From Bacteroidota bacterium (GTDB lineage: Bacteria; Bacteroidota; Bacteroidia; Sphingobacteriales; Sphingobacteriaceae): a stretch of DNA of 61,680 bases. The stretch is taken from assembly GCA_018267005.1 (NCBI GenBank), contig JAFDZK010000001.1, positions 1 through 61,680 of the forward strand, given 5' to 3'. The first letter of the stretch is position 1. Each line of letters starts with the position of its first letter. The translations under genes and the position numbers were made by a program. This document shows, one piece after another, positions 39,835-49,756 of this stretch. A model generated the notes under the pieces. That model did no database searches and was not told the DNA's origin. It was given only the letters and a program-made list of their open reading frames with translations.

Positions 39835-40053
39835 ATGCCTTTATTCACCTCACGCAAGCAACAACAGAAGGTCAAAGTAACTTTTAGCCCGGGCCTGTTG
39901 TTGATAGAAAAGGAGGAAGGCGCGAAGCCGCAGATTTTCCCGCTCGAGTTTTTCCCGCAACTGATGAATGCTACCGACGAAGAACGCAACGACTGGACGC
40001 AAACCGACAAAGGCATCCATTTTAACCGTCTTAACTTGGACGTTAATCTATAG
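39835..40053 (+). CDS. DUF2442-like small protein
   Basis: FPLEFFPQLMNATDEERNDW...GIHF resembles the DUF2442 pattern PL.WFP.L..AT.EER..W...GIHW. Confidence 0.65.
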   Translation: MPLFTSRKQQQKVKVTFSPGLLLIEKEEGAKPQIFPLEFFPQLMNATDEERNDWTQTDKGIHFNRLNLDVNL

Positions 40054-40158
40054 ATGTGAGACGTGAGATATGAGATGTGAGACAAAGAATTAAACGAGAG
40101 ACGAGATGAGGGTTTGAGACAAAAAATCTCAAATCCCAAATCTCAAATCTCAAATCTC
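40052..40158. repeat. inverted tandem-heptamer element (TGAGAnn / nnTCTCA)
   Basis: agatgtg agacgtg agatatg agatgtg agac ... aaatctc aaatccc aaatctc aaatctc aaatctc. Confidence 0.92.
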
Positions 40159-40164
40159 TCTAAC

Positions 40165-40854
40165 ATGACTTTCGAAGAATTTTTTCGCAAAAAGAAAATT
40201 GACCTGGCGGCTTTGGGAAAAGCCGAACCGGCTCTTTTTGCTGAATTCCAAACCCATTTTGAACAGATGGGCGAAAAAAGCTTCGACCACACTAAGAAAT
40301 ACTGGTTCAATAAATTAAGATTGCGATATCACCTGGCTCCGGAGGCAAAAGAGGAAAAGGTGGTTATTGAAAACAAACTTGCCGAGCAAACCATTACCGA
40401 CACATTATCCGAAACTGCAGCGCCAACTCCGAATGTCGGTTTCAAGCCGCGCTTTAAAGCGGGCATGGCTAAGCCTGCCGGACCGAAGGAGGGAACGCCT
40501 GCAACAGAACCAAAGGATCCTGCGGAAACGTCCGCTGCCCCGGCCCCTGCACCCAAGCCAGGTTTTACCCCAAGATTTAAAGCAGGAGTTACTAAACCAG
40601 CTGAACCTGCATCAGAAAAAAAAGAAGAACCCGCAGCTCAACCGGCCCCCACGGTATCAAAACCGGGCTTTACACCAAGATTTAAAGCTGGAGTTACAAA
40701 ATCGGCCGAGCCTGTGCCAGAACCGGACGAGCCAAAAGCCGAGCCACCGTCAGAAAGCCCATCTGAAGGAAAATCTGCAGACGACACAGCAACAAAGCCA
40801 GCCTATAAGCCGCGCTTTAACATGAAAAACATAAAGCCCAGGGGGGAAGAATAA
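40165..40854 (+). CDS. hypothetical protein with a small N-terminal domain and a Pro/Ala/Glu-rich tail carrying four (F/Y)xPRF repeats
   Basis: start moved to ATG 40165 because the upstream 17 codons are repeat-derived. Confidence 0.8.
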   Translation: MTFEEFFRKKKIDLAALGKAEPALFAEFQTHFEQMGEKSFDHTKKYWFNKLRLRYHLAPEAKEEKVVIENKLAEQTITDTLSETAAPTPNVGFKPRFKAGMAKPAGPKEGTPATEPKDPAETSAAPAPAPKPGFTPRFKAGVTKPAEPASEKKEEPAAQPAPTVSKPGFTPRFKAGVTKSAEPVPEPDEPKAEPPSESPSEGKSADDTATKPAYKPRFNMKNIKPRGEE

Positions 40855-40860
40855 TAGTCC

Positions 40861-42105
40861 TTACTCGTACCGCAACGCTTCCACCGGATCGAGCCGTGAA
40901 GCCTTGTTAGCCGGGTAAAATCCTGAAACCAGGCCAATTATGGTACACAGGATCACTGCTGCAAACAACCAGAACCAGGGTATTGTGAATGAACCGCTGA
41001 TCGGAACTGCGATCAGGTTACCCGCTGCTATACCCAGGATGATACCCCCCGCACCGCCGATCAGGCAAATAACGATTGCTTCTATGAGGAATTGTTTGCG
41101 TATGATAGATCGCGTCGCACCGATCGCCTTGCGCACGCCGATCTCCCGTGTACGTTCGGTAACTGAAACCAGCATAATATTCATCAAACCGATGGCGGCG
41201 CCAAGCAGTGTAATGATGCCTATAGCAAAACCGCCGATCGTCATGCCTGCCAACTGCCCCGACAATTGCTGCTGGATGGCATCGCTCCGGGATATCTCGA
41301 AATTGTTATCCTGGTGAATATTGAGGTCGCGCACATTGCGGAATACCGAGGTGGCTTCTCCCACGGTAGCGTCTAAGGCCTCAGGGCTGGCTGCCTTTAC
41401 TGTTACTGTAAATGAAGGCTTAGACGTGGTGTCGATCTGCTTAGCCGCCGAAACCGGTATCAAACAAAATTTGTCGCCGCTGCCGAAACCCGAACTGCTT
41501 CCCTTTGCAACAAATGAGCCAACGATAAGGAACCTGTTCTTACCGATATAGATGGCTTTATTGATCGGATCCTCGTTTTTAAATAGCCGCTTCCTGATCT
41601 CATCACCGATGATCACCACGTTAGCGGCGTGCTGCAACTCAGACGATGAAAAGTTACGTCCGTAAGCCAGTTTGCGCCCGCCGGTGAGCATATAATTTTC
41701 ATCTGAGCCTATGAGTTCGATATTCGGGTTGGTTTTTTGATCGCCGCGTTTGATGACCGCGGTACCGGTTAAATTCAGATTTACCGCGACCACGACCGGC
41801 ATACTAAATTCTTGTTTAAAACGCTCGGCCTGTTCGTATGTGATCGGTGGGTACACTTTCCGGTGGCCACCGTTGCCAAAATTCAAACCGTCATTGGTGT
41901 TTTGCAGCGTAAATGAATTGGCCCCGAGGCTCGAAAAAGCATCATTTACGTTCTGTTTTATTCCGTCGATCGCGGTCAAAATACCTACCAGTGCCATAAT
42001 GCCGATGGCAATAATAAGCGAGGTAAGCGAGGCGCGCAGCCTGTTACCGGCGATAGACGACAGGGCAATAGATATATTTTCTTTGAGCGAGGTTTTAACC
42101 GCCAT
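40861..42105 (-). CDS. MacB/FtsX-type ABC transporter permease
   Basis: [44 protein letters not shown]. Confidence 0.93.
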   Translation of the reverse strand: MAVKTSLKENISIALSSIAGNRLRASLTSLIIAIGIMALVGILTAIDGIKQNVNDAFSSLGANSFTLQNTNDGLNFGNGGHRKVYPPITYEQAERFKQEFSMPVVVAVNLNLTGTAVIKRGDQKTNPNIELIGSDENYMLTGGRKLAYGRNFSSSELQHAANVVIIGDEIRKRLFKNEDPINKAIYIGKNRFLIVGSFVAKGSSSGFGSGDKFCLIPVSAAKQIDTTSKPSFTVTVKAASPEALDATVGEATSVFRNVRDLNIHQDNNFEISRSDAIQQQLSGQLAGMTIGGFAIGIITLLGAAIGLMNIMLVSVTERTREIGVRKAIGATRSIIRKQFLIEAIVICLIGGAGGIILGIAAGNLIAVPISGSFTIPWFWLFAAVILCTIIGLVSGFYPANKASRLDPVEALRYE

Positions 42106-42173
42106 CTGGCACAATTAATTTCACAGTATGACTAAGCGATATAACCGATTGTTACAACAAGCCCTGGATTATT

Positions 42174-42602
42174 TCAAAATATCAGCTTCAACAGGTAGGG
42201 CACAACGAGTATTCCCACCGAAATCCCTGCATACCAAAAATAGCGTTTGCCGCTCCTTTCCGGCCTGTATATTTTCAGCAACATGCTGTAGCGCTCCCTA
42301 TTAAAGATAAGCAAATAGTTTAGAATAACAAACGGCGCGAAGAAAGTAAGCGCCAACGAGATAAACGTGTTGATAGCATTAAGATCGAAAATGTTCACCG
42401 GCAGTACCACAACAAATTTTCTATAGCTAAATGCTCTTATCCAGATCAGTACGGTCGCCAGGTTAATCCCCATCAGTAATGAAATAGGTATGATGGTAAA
42501 TATTTTCCAGTTCTTCCCTTCCGATTTGCTCGATTGAGTTACTTTGATCGCATCAACCCATATCTTATAATATACCGACAACATATTTGAAAGTAAATGC
42601 AT
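42174..42602 (-). CDS. hypothetical membrane protein (about 3 TM)
   Basis: hydrophobic segments, YYKIWVD motif; start uncertain. Confidence 0.6.
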   Translation of the reverse strand: MHLLSNMLSVYYKIWVDAIKVTQSSKSEGKNWKIFTIIPISLLMGINLATVLIWIRAFSYRKFVVVLPVNIFDLNAINTFISLALTFFAPFVILNYLLIFNRERYSMLLKIYRPERSGKRYFWYAGISVGILVVPYLLKLIF

Positions 42603-42649
42603 ATTCACCGCTGCAAATATTTAGCCAGAAAGTAAAACGGGCCAAAAAC

Positions 42650-42674
42650 AAAAAAAGCAGCCTTGAAGCTGCTT
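42650..42674 (-). terminator. intrinsic terminator after the iscA-like gene
   Basis: minus strand aagcagc-ttcaag-gctgctt followed by a T tract. Confidence 0.7.
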
Positions 42675-42698
42675 CTATATCTTATCTGCAAAATCTGT

Positions 42699-43046
42699 TT
42701 ATACCGAAAACGACGAACCGCAACCGCAGGTACTGGATGCATTCGGATTGTTAAAAGTAAAACCGCGCGCGTTCAGGCCGTCCTGGAAATCGATCTGCAT
42801 GCCCACTAAATAAAGGCCGTGAGCCTTATGCATGAATACACGGATACCGTCTATCTCGTATTCCTGGTCGCCTTCCTTTTTCTGGTCGAAACCTAATATA
42901 TAGTTCATCCCAGCGCAGCCGCCGCCTTCAACACCCACGCGTAAGCCGAAGTCCTCGCCTATTTCCTGCTGGTCTTTTAATTTCTTCAATTCCTTAACCG
43001 CGCCTTCGGTAAACGAGATTGGAGCGGTTTCAACAGCTATGCTCAT
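42699..43046 (-). CDS. iscA: A-type Fe-S cluster carrier (IscA/HesB)
   Basis: LRVGVEGGGCAG, NPNASSTCGCGSSF; TATATTTG at 43069-43076. Confidence 0.9.
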   Translation of the reverse strand: MSIAVETAPISFTEGAVKELKKLKDQQEIGEDFGLRVGVEGGGCAGMNYILGFDQKKEGDQEYEIDGIRVFMHKAHGLYLVGMQIDFQDGLNARGFTFNNPNASSTCGCGSSFSV

Positions 43047-43138
43047 CTTTATTTCAAAATTAAACATACAAATATAAGGTAAATTGCAGATTTTTGCTGC
43101 CTAACCATTTTTATGACCTCAGCCCAACATACCCCCAC

Positions 43139-43666
43139 ATGCAGATAAACTATTTACTTGATATATTGAAATATACGCTGGCGGGCATAGGCACGGTGTA
43201 CGTGGCGTTCTATTTGATAAAGCCCTACCTTGATCGCGCCGAAAAAGTGCAATTGGCCGAACTGAAAAAAACCATCGCTAATCAAACGCTGCCGTTAAAA
43301 TTCCAGGCGTATGAACGGCTCGTATTATTTGTCGAACGGGTGAACCCGGCCAACATGTTGCTGCGGCTAAACGGAACAGCCTATTCGGCCCACGAGCTGC
43401 ACAGTTTAGTAGTAAGCGAGATCAGGAACGAGTTCCAGCACAATGTTACCCAGCAGATTTATGTAAGCGAACGCGCCTGGAATGTGATCAAACGCGTAAA
43501 GGACGATACGATGAGCGTAGTGACCAACGCTGTAAAGGCCCTGCCCGAAACGGCTACAGGTCTTGACCTGAGCAAAACCGTACTGGCGCACCTGGCTTCG
43601 CTGCAGGATAATCCTTACGACATTGCCACCAGCATGATCCGCAAGGATATGGAAGAGTTGTTTTAA
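43139..43666 (+). CDS. conserved Bacteroidota single-TM hypothetical protein
   Basis: QAYERLVLFVER, IRNEFQHNVTQQIYVS; start ATG 43139. Confidence 0.75.
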   Translation: MQINYLLDILKYTLAGIGTVYVAFYLIKPYLDRAEKVQLAELKKTIANQTLPLKFQAYERLVLFVERVNPANMLLRLNGTAYSAHELHSLVVSEIRNEFQHNVTQQIYVSERAWNVIKRVKDDTMSVVTNAVKALPETATGLDLSKTVLAHLASLQDNPYDIATSMIRKDMEELF

Positions 43667-43761
43667 TATCGGATTTCGGATTTGAGATTTCGGATTTAGC
43701 ATTCAAAGTTTTTATTGCCAAATTTGATAATTCCGAAATCCGCATTCCGAATTCCGAAATC
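43666..43761. repeat. inverted tandem-heptamer element (ATTTCGG / CCGAAAT)
   Basis: atatcgg atttcgg atttgag atttcgg att ... aattccg aaatccg cattccg aattccg aaatc. Confidence 0.92.
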
Positions 43762-43765
43762 AAAT

Positions 43766-45313
43766 ATGTCCGGCAAAAAATTCACCACCACATCTGGTAT
43801 CGAAATAAAAGAGGTTTACACCGAACCTTCGGGTATGAACGAATTGCCGGGCGAGTTTCCTTTTACCCGAGGCATACAGAAGGACATGTACCGTGGCAAG
43901 CCATGGACGATGCGCCAGTATGCCGGCTTCTCTACCGCCGAGGAATCGAACAAGCGCTACCATTATTTACTGAGCCAGGGAACGATGGGCCTTTCCGTGG
44001 CTTTCGACCTGCCTACACAGATCGGGTACGACTCGGATAACGCCATGGCCGAAGGCGAGGTGGGCAAGGTGGGTGTAGCTATCGACTCGCTGAAGGATAT
44101 GGAGGTTTTATTTGATGGAATCCGGTTACAGGACATCACTACTTCCATGACCATTAATGCTACCGCGCCGATATTATTGGCGATGTATATCGCATTGGCC
44201 AAAAAGCAGGGCGCCGACCTGAAGCAATTATCAGGCACGGTTCAAAATGATATATTAAAGGAGTATGCAGCGCGGGGCACTTACATCTATCCGCCCGCCC
44301 CTTCAATGCGGCTGATAACCGATGTGTTCGAATATTGCAGCAAGGAAGTGCCCAAATGGAACACGATATCCATATCGGGCTACCATATCCGCGAGGCCGG
44401 CTCGACCGCCGTACAGGAATTGGCTTTCACTTTAGCTAACGGCAAGGCTTACCTGAACGCTGCTATTGAAAAGGGATTAGACATTAATGTTTTTGCCAAA
44501 CGCCTTTCGTTCTTTTTCAATTGCCATAACAACTTCTTCGAGGAGATAGCCAAGTTTCGTGCCGCGCGCCGGATGTGGGCGCATATCACGAAGGATTTGG
44601 GTGCGACTGATCCCGGCGCGCAAAAGCTGCGGTTCCATACCCAAACCGGCGGTTCTACTCTGACCGCCCAGCAGCCTATGAACAACATTGTCCGTGTGAG
44701 CAACCAGGCGCTGGCGGCGGTATTGGGCGGCACCCAGTCGCTGCATACCAATGGATATGATGAGGCGCTGTCGCTGCCTACCGAAATGGCGGCAAAAATA
44801 GCTTTACGAACCCAGCAGATCATAGCTTTTGAAACCGGCGTGACCGATACGGTCGACCCGCTGGCAGGTTCCTATTTTATGGAGGCATTGACAGAAAAAT
44901 TGCAGCAGGCTGCGCAACAGTATATCGACAAGATCGATGCGATGGGCGGCGCGGTCAAGGCGATCGAGCAGGACTATATCCAGCGCGAAATAGCGCGCTC
45001 GTCATACGAATATCAAACCGAAATAGAAAAGGGCGAACGGATTATCGTAGGCGTCAACAAGTACACGGAGGAAGAGCAGGCAGCGCAAAACGTTTTCCGG
45101 GTGGACGATTCGATTCGCAGAACACAAATCGAAAAACTAAAGAAGCTGCGCGCCGAAAGGGATAATCCCGCTGTTCAGCAAGCGTTGCAGCAGTTGCAGG
45201 AGGCCGCCCGTGGCGGGGAAAACCTAATGCCGCATATACTGGTAGCCGTTGAACATTCCGCCACGTTAGGCGAAATAGCCGATACACTCAGGTCGGTTTT
45301 CGGCGAATACTGA
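43766..45313 (+). CDS. methylmalonyl-CoA mutase large (substrate-binding) subunit, without a B12-binding domain
   Basis: [32 protein letters not shown]; start moved to ATG 43766. Confidence 0.9.
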   Translation: MSGKKFTTTSGIEIKEVYTEPSGMNELPGEFPFTRGIQKDMYRGKPWTMRQYAGFSTAEESNKRYHYLLSQGTMGLSVAFDLPTQIGYDSDNAMAEGEVGKVGVAIDSLKDMEVLFDGIRLQDITTSMTINATAPILLAMYIALAKKQGADLKQLSGTVQNDILKEYAARGTYIYPPAPSMRLITDVFEYCSKEVPKWNTISISGYHIREAGSTAVQELAFTLANGKAYLNAAIEKGLDINVFAKRLSFFFNCHNNFFEEIAKFRAARRMWAHITKDLGATDPGAQKLRFHTQTGGSTLTAQQPMNNIVRVSNQALAAVLGGTQSLHTNGYDEALSLPTEMAAKIALRTQQIIAFETGVTDTVDPLAGSYFMEALTEKLQQAAQQYIDKIDAMGGAVKAIEQDYIQREIARSSYEYQTEIEKGERIIVGVNKYTEEEQAAQNVFRVDDSIRRTQIEKLKKLRAERDNPAVQQALQQLQEAARGGENLMPHILVAVEHSATLGEIADTLRSVFGEY

Positions 45314-45749
45314 CAAAATACTGCCAAATATTATTACTATATCATTTGGCAGTGTCACTGACAAAATATCGTTAAAAAAAATATTTGCCGGGATGCCAGC
45401 AAATTAGGAGCTGACAGCAGGAATAAGCGTCCGCTATGGCTTAACAATTGTTGTGTTCGCAGCGTAAAAGGAACAAGAAATCGAATTGAGATTGATAATT
45501 ACGCGAGGTAATGGGTACAAAAATGTGTCTTTGAAGTGTTTAATTAATTACACCGCGTGCGTGCAAAATATAACTCTTTTTTCAATGATTTTTGCAATAG
45601 TAAGGGTTAATAAATGATGAATTTATTCAATAAAAATTTCAAATTTTATTTTTTAAATAGACTTTTTTTTGAATATTCGATGTTCCGTAGCAACCCCATT
45701 GGATGTTCGCTTGGGGGTTTGTAAATCAAGATTTTAATAAAAAATATAT

Positions 45750-47177
45750 ATGGATAAAACTTGTACCGCCGTTTGGAACAGCTGCCTTCAGATTATCAAA
45801 GACAACATACCGGCTCAGAGCTTTAAAACCTGGTTCGAACCGATAAAAGCGTTGAGATTAGAAGGAAGTGTTTTGACGATACAAGTTCCGAGCTTATTCT
45901 TCTACGAATGGCTCGAAGAACATTATGTCGGTCTTCTGCGTAAAACTATCAAGAAGCAACTTGGAGAAGAAGGTCGTTTGGAATACAATATCGTTGTCGA
46001 GCAGTCGTCGTCGAATAAGCCGTACACAACCAACATGCCCTCGAACGGGAACGGTGCCGAAACTAAAAACCAGTCGATGCCCGTGCCTATCTCCATCAAT
46101 AAGGACATAAAAAACCCGTTTGTAATACCGGGGCTAAAGAAACTGAACGTCGATCCGCAACTGAACCCGAATTACACCTTCGAAAGTTTTGTAGAAGGTG
46201 ACTGCAACCGCCTGGCGCGGTCGGCAGGTTATGCCGTTGCCGCAAAACCGGGTGGCACTTCTTTTAACCCGCTGATGATCTACGGCGGTGTTGGTTTGGG
46301 TAAAACCCACCTGGCGCAGGCCATAGGCAACGAGGTTCGGACCAAGCTGCCCGACAAGCTGGTATTATACGTATCGTGCGAAAAGTTTACGCAGCAATTT
46401 GTCGACGCGCTGAAGCACAACAATATCAACGATTTTGTAAACTTCTACCAGGCTATCGATGTGCTGATCATGGACGATGTGCACAACTTTGCCGGTAAGG
46501 AAAAAACCCAGGATTTCTTCTTCCATATTTTCAATCACCTGCACCAGTCAGGCAAACAGTTGATCATCACTTCGGATAAGGCGCCAAAGGACCTGACCGG
46601 CCTGGAAGAACGCCTGCTGTCGCGCTTTAAATGGGGCCTTTCGGCCGATCTGCAGGTTCCAGACCTGGAAACCCGCATGGCCATTTTGAAGAACAAGATC
46701 TACCAGGACGGCATCGACCTGTCAAACGATGTGCTGGAATATGTGGCCCACAATATCGACAACAACGTTCGCGAACTGGAAGGCGCCATGGTATCCCTGC
46801 TGGCACAGGCCACGCTGAACCGCAAGGACATCGACCTGGGACTGGCCAAGCAGATGCTGAAGAATTTTGTAAAGAACTCGTCAAAAGAGATATCGATGGA
46901 ATACATCCAGAGCTTAGTTTGCGAGTATTTCGAAGTGCCTATCGAGATGGTAAAATCGCAAACGCGCAAGCGCGAAATTGTCCAGGCACGGCAAATATCC
47001 ATGTACCTGGCCAAGGCGCATACCAAAAGCTCGCTCAAATCCATAGGCAGCTTCTTCGGCGGCCGCGACCACTCAACCGTCATTTACGCCTGCCAAACCG
47101 TGGAAGATCTAATTGATACTGACAAGAAATTCAAAGGCTATGTAGCAGATATACAAAAGAAACTCAAGATGTCGTAA
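45750..47177 (+). CDS. dnaA: chromosomal replication initiator
   Basis: YGGVGLGKTHL Walker A, RLLSRFKWGL, NVRELEGA, FGGRDHSTV. Confidence 0.98.
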   Translation: MDKTCTAVWNSCLQIIKDNIPAQSFKTWFEPIKALRLEGSVLTIQVPSLFFYEWLEEHYVGLLRKTIKKQLGEEGRLEYNIVVEQSSSNKPYTTNMPSNGNGAETKNQSMPVPISINKDIKNPFVIPGLKKLNVDPQLNPNYTFESFVEGDCNRLARSAGYAVAAKPGGTSFNPLMIYGGVGLGKTHLAQAIGNEVRTKLPDKLVLYVSCEKFTQQFVDALKHNNINDFVNFYQAIDVLIMDDVHNFAGKEKTQDFFFHIFNHLHQSGKQLIITSDKAPKDLTGLEERLLSRFKWGLSADLQVPDLETRMAILKNKIYQDGIDLSNDVLEYVAHNIDNNVRELEGAMVSLLAQATLNRKDIDLGLAKQMLKNFVKNSSKEISMEYIQSLVCEYFEVPIEMVKSQTRKREIVQARQISMYLAKAHTKSSLKSIGSFFGGRDHSTVIYACQTVEDLIDTDKKFKGYVADIQKKLKMS

Positions 47178-47201
47178 AACCGATAACTTTTACAATTACG
47201 G

Positions 47202-47230
47202 GCGCCGTTGCGAAAGCAATGGCGTTTTTT
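47202..47230 (+). terminator. intrinsic terminator after dnaA
   Basis: gcgccgttgc-gaaa-gcaatggcgt followed by TTTTT. Confidence 0.85.
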
Positions 47231-47313
47231 GTTTATTCACATCGCGTTATAGCAGGAACAAATTTGCACCCATCATAAATTTTCTTAATTTGGGTGGCCA
47301 TAACCACCTCATT

Positions 47314-47781
47314 ATGAAAAAATTATTGGTTACAGGGCTATTTCTCGGTCTTGCGTACGCCACCTTTTGTCAATCACAAGGCAGCGATAACGATGCGGTA
47401 AAAAATACGATCAACCGTGCCCTGCTCGCCATGCAGGAGGATGATACTGCGGCTTTCCAGGACGAGTTTGCAGGCGATGTCCGAATCCAGTATGTTGAAT
47501 CAAAAAATGATACCGTAAGCAATGTGATCACTGTAAACCCGGCGGAGTATTTGAAACAGGTCGCCAAATTTAAGGCCGACGCCTGGACAGAAAAGATAAC
47601 GCGCTACGATGACATGAACATCAGCAACGGCATGGCCACCATTTGGGCGTCGTACAAGTTTTACTTTGGCAGCAAGTTCGACCATTGCGGAACAACCGTT
47701 TTCCAAATGGTAAAACGGAAACAGCGGTGGAAGATCGTCTCTATATTGTACACCATTAAAGCCGGGAATTGCGCCGATTAA
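47314..47781 (+). CDS. NTF2-like exported protein
   Basis: signal peptide; ATIWASYKFY...HCG...FQMVK...WKIV pattern. Confidence 0.7.
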   Translation: MKKLLVTGLFLGLAYATFCQSQGSDNDAVKNTINRALLAMQEDDTAAFQDEFAGDVRIQYVESKNDTVSNVITVNPAEYLKQVAKFKADAWTEKITRYDDMNISNGMATIWASYKFYFGSKFDHCGTTVFQMVKRKQRWKIVSILYTIKAGNCAD

Positions 47782-48332
47782 AGCGCACCCAGCTTATTTA
47801 GCGCATAAAATAAACTGGTGCAGTGCATCGCCTGTTCTATCTTATTTTCCAGAAGCAGTTGTTTTATTTCGGCGATGGTATATTTCTCGACGATGATATC
47901 CTCGTGGTCGTCCAGCGCCTGTTCCTGTACGAGGATGCCGCCACGGGCAAGGTAGCTGTACACCCGGTTGTTGCCCGTTGAGGGGTTAGGGCACAGCCGG
48001 CACAGAAACTCAAAATCGTCAAACTGGTAGCCGGTTTCTTCAAGCAGTTCCCGGCGTAAAGCATGCACGGGCTCCTCGCCTTCATCTACCACGCCACCCG
48101 GAATTTCAAGCGAGATAATATCGGCTGCATGCCGGTATTGTTTAACCATCAGCACCTCGTTATCGGCGGTGATAGCCACACCGTTTACCCAGGTATCGTA
48201 TTCCAGCACATAATAGTCATCGACAATCACGCCATTAGGCATTTCGCAGGTATCCACGCGTAGCGTTGCCCATTTGCTTTTATGAATGTATTTGGATGAG
48301 ATAAATTTCCACCTAAGTTCTTCGCCGTTCAT
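47778..48332 (-). CDS. NUDIX hydrolase (ADP-ribose pyrophosphatase-like)
   Basis: QYRH, EIPGG...RELLEETGY Nudix box. Confidence 0.9.
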   Translation of the reverse strand: MNGEELRWKFISSKYIHKSKWATLRVDTCEMPNGVIVDDYYVLEYDTWVNGVAITADNEVLMVKQYRHAADIISLEIPGGVVDEGEEPVHALRRELLEETGYQFDDFEFLCRLCPNPSTGNNRVYSYLARGGILVQEQALDDHEDIIVEKYTIAEIKQLLLENKIEQAMHCTSLFYALNKLGAL

Positions 48333-48387
48333 GGTTGATGGTGCATAGTTCTTGGCTAATGTAGCAAAAACTTCTTGCTATGAACCA
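48327..48387. repeat. inverted tandem-heptamer element (GTTCATG / CYATGAA)
   Basis: gttcatg gttgatg gtgcata gttcttg ... ctatgaa ccatgaa ctatga. Confidence 0.85.
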
Positions 48388-48410
48388 TGAACTATGATCC
48401 CAATGCCGGC

Positions 48411-49205
48411 TTACCAGCTTCCGCTTGAACCCCCGCCACCGAAGTCGCCGCCGCCAAAGCCGCCGAATCCACCACCACCGTCGTTTCCGCCGCCGGAAAA
48501 ACCGCCCCAGCCGCCGCCATCGCCGCCGCTGCCGCGACCAAGCAGCATGCCGCCCAGGAACCACCAGAAGGGGCTTGCGCCACCGCGGCTGTCAATGATA
48601 TGGCCGCCTCCGCCGCGTCCACGAAATATGGCTATCAGTACAATGATGACGATGATAATTACGATAAGCACCGCAGCGCCGCCGGCGCCGTTTTTTTGCC
48701 GCGAATGGTCGGCGGTATATTCGCCTTTGGTGTATTTGATAATGTCGTCCGTAGCGGCATCCAGGCCTCCGTAATAGTCGCCCGCCCTGAAACGCGGCCG
48801 TATATCATCCTGTATGATCTCGTGCGCGGTAGCGTCGGGCAATGCGCCTTCCATGCCGTAACCAGTCTGGATAGAAACTTTATGATCGTTTACGGCGACG
48901 AGTATGACCACCCCGTTGTTTTTGCTGCGCTGCCCGACACCCCAGGCACGGGCAAGGCGCTGCGTGTAATCGTTGATATCGTACGATCCTACCGAGCGCA
49001 TGATAACAATGGCTATCTGGCTCGACGATTTATTATAAAAGTCCTTCAGTTTGCTTTCCAGCCTGGCTTTATCGGCATCCGACAAGGTAGTATTCGTGTA
49101 GTCGGTTACCAGCGTGGCGGGAGCGGGCGGTATATCCTGCTGCTGCGCAAACACCCTGAACGAGGTAAGCGCAACGAGGCATATCAATATGATCTTTTTG
49201 AACAT
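48411..49205 (-). CDS. TPM-domain membrane protein with Gly-rich tail (YgcG-like)
   Basis: WGVGQ, GYGMEGALPD, GGGDFGGGGSSGSW. Confidence 0.9.
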   Translation of the reverse strand: MFKKIILICLVALTSFRVFAQQQDIPPAPATLVTDYTNTTLSDADKARLESKLKDFYNKSSSQIAIVIMRSVGSYDINDYTQRLARAWGVGQRSKNNGVVILVAVNDHKVSIQTGYGMEGALPDATAHEIIQDDIRPRFRAGDYYGGLDAATDDIIKYTKGEYTADHSRQKNGAGGAAVLIVIIIVIIVLIAIFRGRGGGGHIIDSRGGASPFWWFLGGMLLGRGSGGDGGGWGGFSGGGNDGGGGFGGFGGGDFGGGGSSGSW

Positions 49206-49217
49206 CTTTTTCTTTTT

Positions 49218-49652
49218 TTAATTGCCATCCATAAAGGCGATGTCGTCAGGCAGCTCGTTGCTGCCGCCGGCACGGTGAGGAAAATATTGCCGCAGGTGGT
49301 CGCCGGCTATCTTCAGCCCGGTAACAATGCCTTCCACCAAATCGCCGTAGCGGAAATGTTTCAGCATTTCGTCCTTGGCGTCGTCCCAAAAATCTTTGGG
49401 TACGGTTTTGTTTATACCCCGGTCGCCAATGATGGCAAATTTACGGTCGACGGTGGCTAAGTAGATCAGCACGCCGTTACGCTGTTTGGTTTTGTGCATA
49501 TCCAACTGGTGGAAGTACTTGGCCGCACGGTCGAGCACCTCCTCGCTGCAGGTTTTTTCGATGCAGACACGTATCTGGCCCGAGGTCTCCTTTTCGGCAT
49601 CCTCTATGGCCCTGCGTATCCGCTGCTGTTCCTCTTCGTTAAATATTGGCAT
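49218..49652 (-). CDS. TPM-domain protein
   Basis: AEKETSGQIRV, RNGVLIY, GDRGI, NELPD. Confidence 0.88.
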   Translation of the reverse strand: MPIFNEEEQQRIRRAIEDAEKETSGQIRVCIEKTCSEEVLDRAAKYFHQLDMHKTKQRNGVLIYLATVDRKFAIIGDRGINKTVPKDFWDDAKDEMLKHFRYGDLVEGIVTGLKIAGDHLRQYFPHRAGGSNELPDDIAFMDGN

Positions 49653-49661
49653 GTGAATTAT

Positions 49662-49751
49662 GATTACACCGATTATTATTTAAGATTACACCGATTGAGC
49701 ATGTGTTATCCCGAAAAAAATCGGTGTAATCACAACCAAATCGGTGAAATC
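49662..49751. repeat. double inverted repeat GATTACACCGATT x2 / AATCGGTGTAATC x2
   Basis: copies at 49662-49674 and 49684-49696; complements at 49719-49731 and 49739-49751 (one mismatch). Confidence 0.92.
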
Positions 49752-49756
49752 AACAT

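Noticed and set aside
40114-40164. N-terminal extensions in the ORF track (40114, 43715, 30689, 15325, 5943, 18055)
   Set aside because: They translate repeat arms, operators, promoters or the riboswitch leader; downstream starts give family-typical N-termini.
42174-42608. AT-rich membrane protein gene as a third repeat-bracketed cassette
   Set aside because: No tandem or inverted arms in either flank.
45314-47300. oriC next to dnaA
   Set aside because: Only one TTATNCACA match was seen (47233-47241), with no box cluster and no dnaN; skew cannot be judged from this window.
48394-48774. Poly-proline ORF on the plus strand
   Set aside because: It is the antisense reading of the Gly-rich tail of the TPM protein.
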